DNA of 64,000 nucleotides from Camelus dromedarius. Lineage: Eukaryota. The notes below the pieces were generated by a model. That model worked only from the letters and a program-made list of their open reading frames with translations, was not told where the DNA came from and did no database searches. Positions 62,272-64,000 of the stretch are shown here, in pieces. The position numbers were made by a program, and so were the translations under genes. Every line of letters begins with the position of its first letter. The first letter of the stretch is position 1. The stretch covers positions 19,532,001 to 19,596,000 of the forward strand of contig NC_087437.1 in assembly GCF_036321535.1 (NCBI RefSeq). Reading direction: 5' to 3'.

Positions 62272-63370
62272 CCCTTCTAATTAAACTTAAATGTTTTTGC
62301 ACAGCAAAGGAAACCGTAAATAAAACGAAAATACAACCTATGGAATGGGAGAAAATATTTGCAAACAATGAGACCAATAAGGGATTAATTTCCAAAATAC
62401 ATAGCTTATGTAGTTCAATAACAAAAAAACAATCAAAAAATGGGCAGAAGAACTAAATAGGCATTTCTCTAAAGAAGACATACGATGTTGGCATACAGCT
62501 GTGCCTACAGGCACATGTAAAGATGCTCAGCATTGCTAATTATTAGATAAATGCAAATCGAAACTGCAATGAGGTATTATCTCACACCAGTCAGAATGGC
62601 CATCATCAAAAAGTTTACAGATAAATGCTGGAGAAGGTGTAGAGAAAAATGAAACATCCTACTCTATTGGTGGGAATGTAAATTGGTGCAGCCACTATGG
62701 AAAACAGTATGGAAGTTCCTTAGAAAACTAAAAATAGAGTCACCATATGATCCAGCACTCCTGGACATATATCCAGAGAAAACTCTAACTTGAAAAGATA
62801 TATGCACCCCAATGTTCATAGCAGCAGTATTTACAATAGCCAAGACATGGAAGCAACTTAAATGTCCACCAACAGATGAATGAATACAGAAGATGTGGTA
62901 TATACACAATGGAATACTACTCAGCCATAAAAAAGAATGAAATAATGCCATTTGCAGCAACATGGTTGGACCTAGAGATTATCATGCTAAGTGAAGTAAG
63001 TCCAACAGAGAAAGACAAATATCATATGGTACCACTTTTATGTGGAATCTGAGAAAATGATACAAATGAACTTATTTATAAAACAGAAACAGGCTCACAG
63101 ACATAGAAAACAAACTTACAGTTACCAAAGGGGAAAGAGGGGGAGGGATAAATTAGGAGTTTGGGATTAACAGAGACACACTACTATATATATAATATAA
63201 AATAGATAAACAACAAGGACCTACTATACAGCACAGGAACTATATTCAATATCTAGTAATAAATAACCTAGAATGGAAAAGAACCTGAAAAATGATATAT
63301 ATAACTGAATCACTTTGCTGTACATCTGAAACTAATACAACATTGTAAATCAACTATATTTCAATAAAAA
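62272..63370 (+). mobile_element. 5'-truncated L1 (ORF2 C-terminus, 3'UTR, polyA)
   Basis: ORF2-like peptide [36 protein letters not shown] and A tail; 13-bp TSD AAAGAA(A/T)CTC(G/T)CC at 62259-62271 / 63371-63383, after TTT (TT/AAAG endonuclease-like site). Confidence 0.93.
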
Positions 63371-63709
63371 AAAGAATCTCTCCTTAACCCACGTAAATGT
63401 GCGCACACACACACATATACCCCCAGCTCCCAGACACTACAGAGTCAGGATGCTGACTGCACTATGAAAAAGAGGGATGTCAATATGGGCTGGGGGTTCC
63501 TTTGGGTATCACCGAGGGAAATACTAGGAAGCCACGTGTTTCCTCATACGGAGGCAGAGATGGAGGAACACAGCTTCCTTCCGGGGTCTGGGCTGGAGGT
63601 GGGATTCTCCTGAGGCTCAGCTTCATCGTGGAGATCAGTGTCAGGGCACACAGTTCTGAGTTGCAGAGCCCAAGCAATGGTCAGAGCAGGAGAACAAACA
63701 CTCTGTGAA

Positions 63710-64000
63710 TCATCTGCTCTAATCCTCAGGGCAACACGGTGACATAGGGGCAATGTCATCTCCCTGTGTTATGGCTGAGTGGACTGAGGCTTAGGGAAGT
63801 TAAGTAACTTTCTCCAGGTCGGGCACTGGGCTAAGGATTTGACAAGTACAATATCTTATCTGACTGACCCAGCCTATCATGCAGTTGGTGCTATTGGCTT
63901 TCCATTTGATAGAAACGGGGGCTCAGAGAGGTTAAGTAAATGACTTAGAGTCACAGAGCTAATAGTGATGGTGTGAATGGGCACACAGATGCCCTTGACT
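63710..64000 (-). mobile_element. Two MIR fragments
   Basis: 'actgaggcttagggaagttaagtaactttctccaggtc'; 'gctcagagaggttaagtaaatgacttagagtcacagagcta'. Confidence 0.8.

Noticed and set aside
62199..62963. ORFs with L1 ORF2-like peptides (also 16696-17055)
   Set aside because: Truncated, frameshifted retrotransposon remnants or their antisense frames, not host genes.
1..64000. CRISPR array, operon or other prokaryotic/viral system; named host gene
   Set aside because: No regularly spaced repeat-spacer array, no dense coding DNA, no gag/pol/env frames, and no exon I can assign to a gene.

Overview
Mammalian nuclear DNA, almost certainly from a camelid (alpaca/llama/camel): it carries five copies of the short tRNA-derived camelid SINE (Vic-1 type) and artiodactyl-type L1 3' ends. 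I see no convincing host protein-coding exon, RNA gene, CpG-island promoter or prokaryotic feature in the 64 kb, so this reads as a large intron or intergenic interval. It is dense in ancient MIR/L2/old L1/HAL1/MaLR/hAT fossils, with three ERV1-type solo LTRs, several younger L1 3' ends with target-site duplications (TSDs; one L1 is twin-primed) and microsatellites. Between the repeats lie several repeat-free islands that look enhancer-like. The most unusual item is a 238-bp orphan fragment (57115-57352) inside an L1 3'UTR, which itself splits a MER58A. On the minus strand it forms a complete, open, frame-symmetric 141-nt exon. Also notable: a MER41-like LTR keeping a STAT (GAS) site and a YY1 motif, a triple-copy motif at 5261-5440, and a SINE with extra 3' sequence ending in a Pol III terminator. 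Repeat family names come from recalled consensus features, not from a search, and boundaries of old repeats are approximate.
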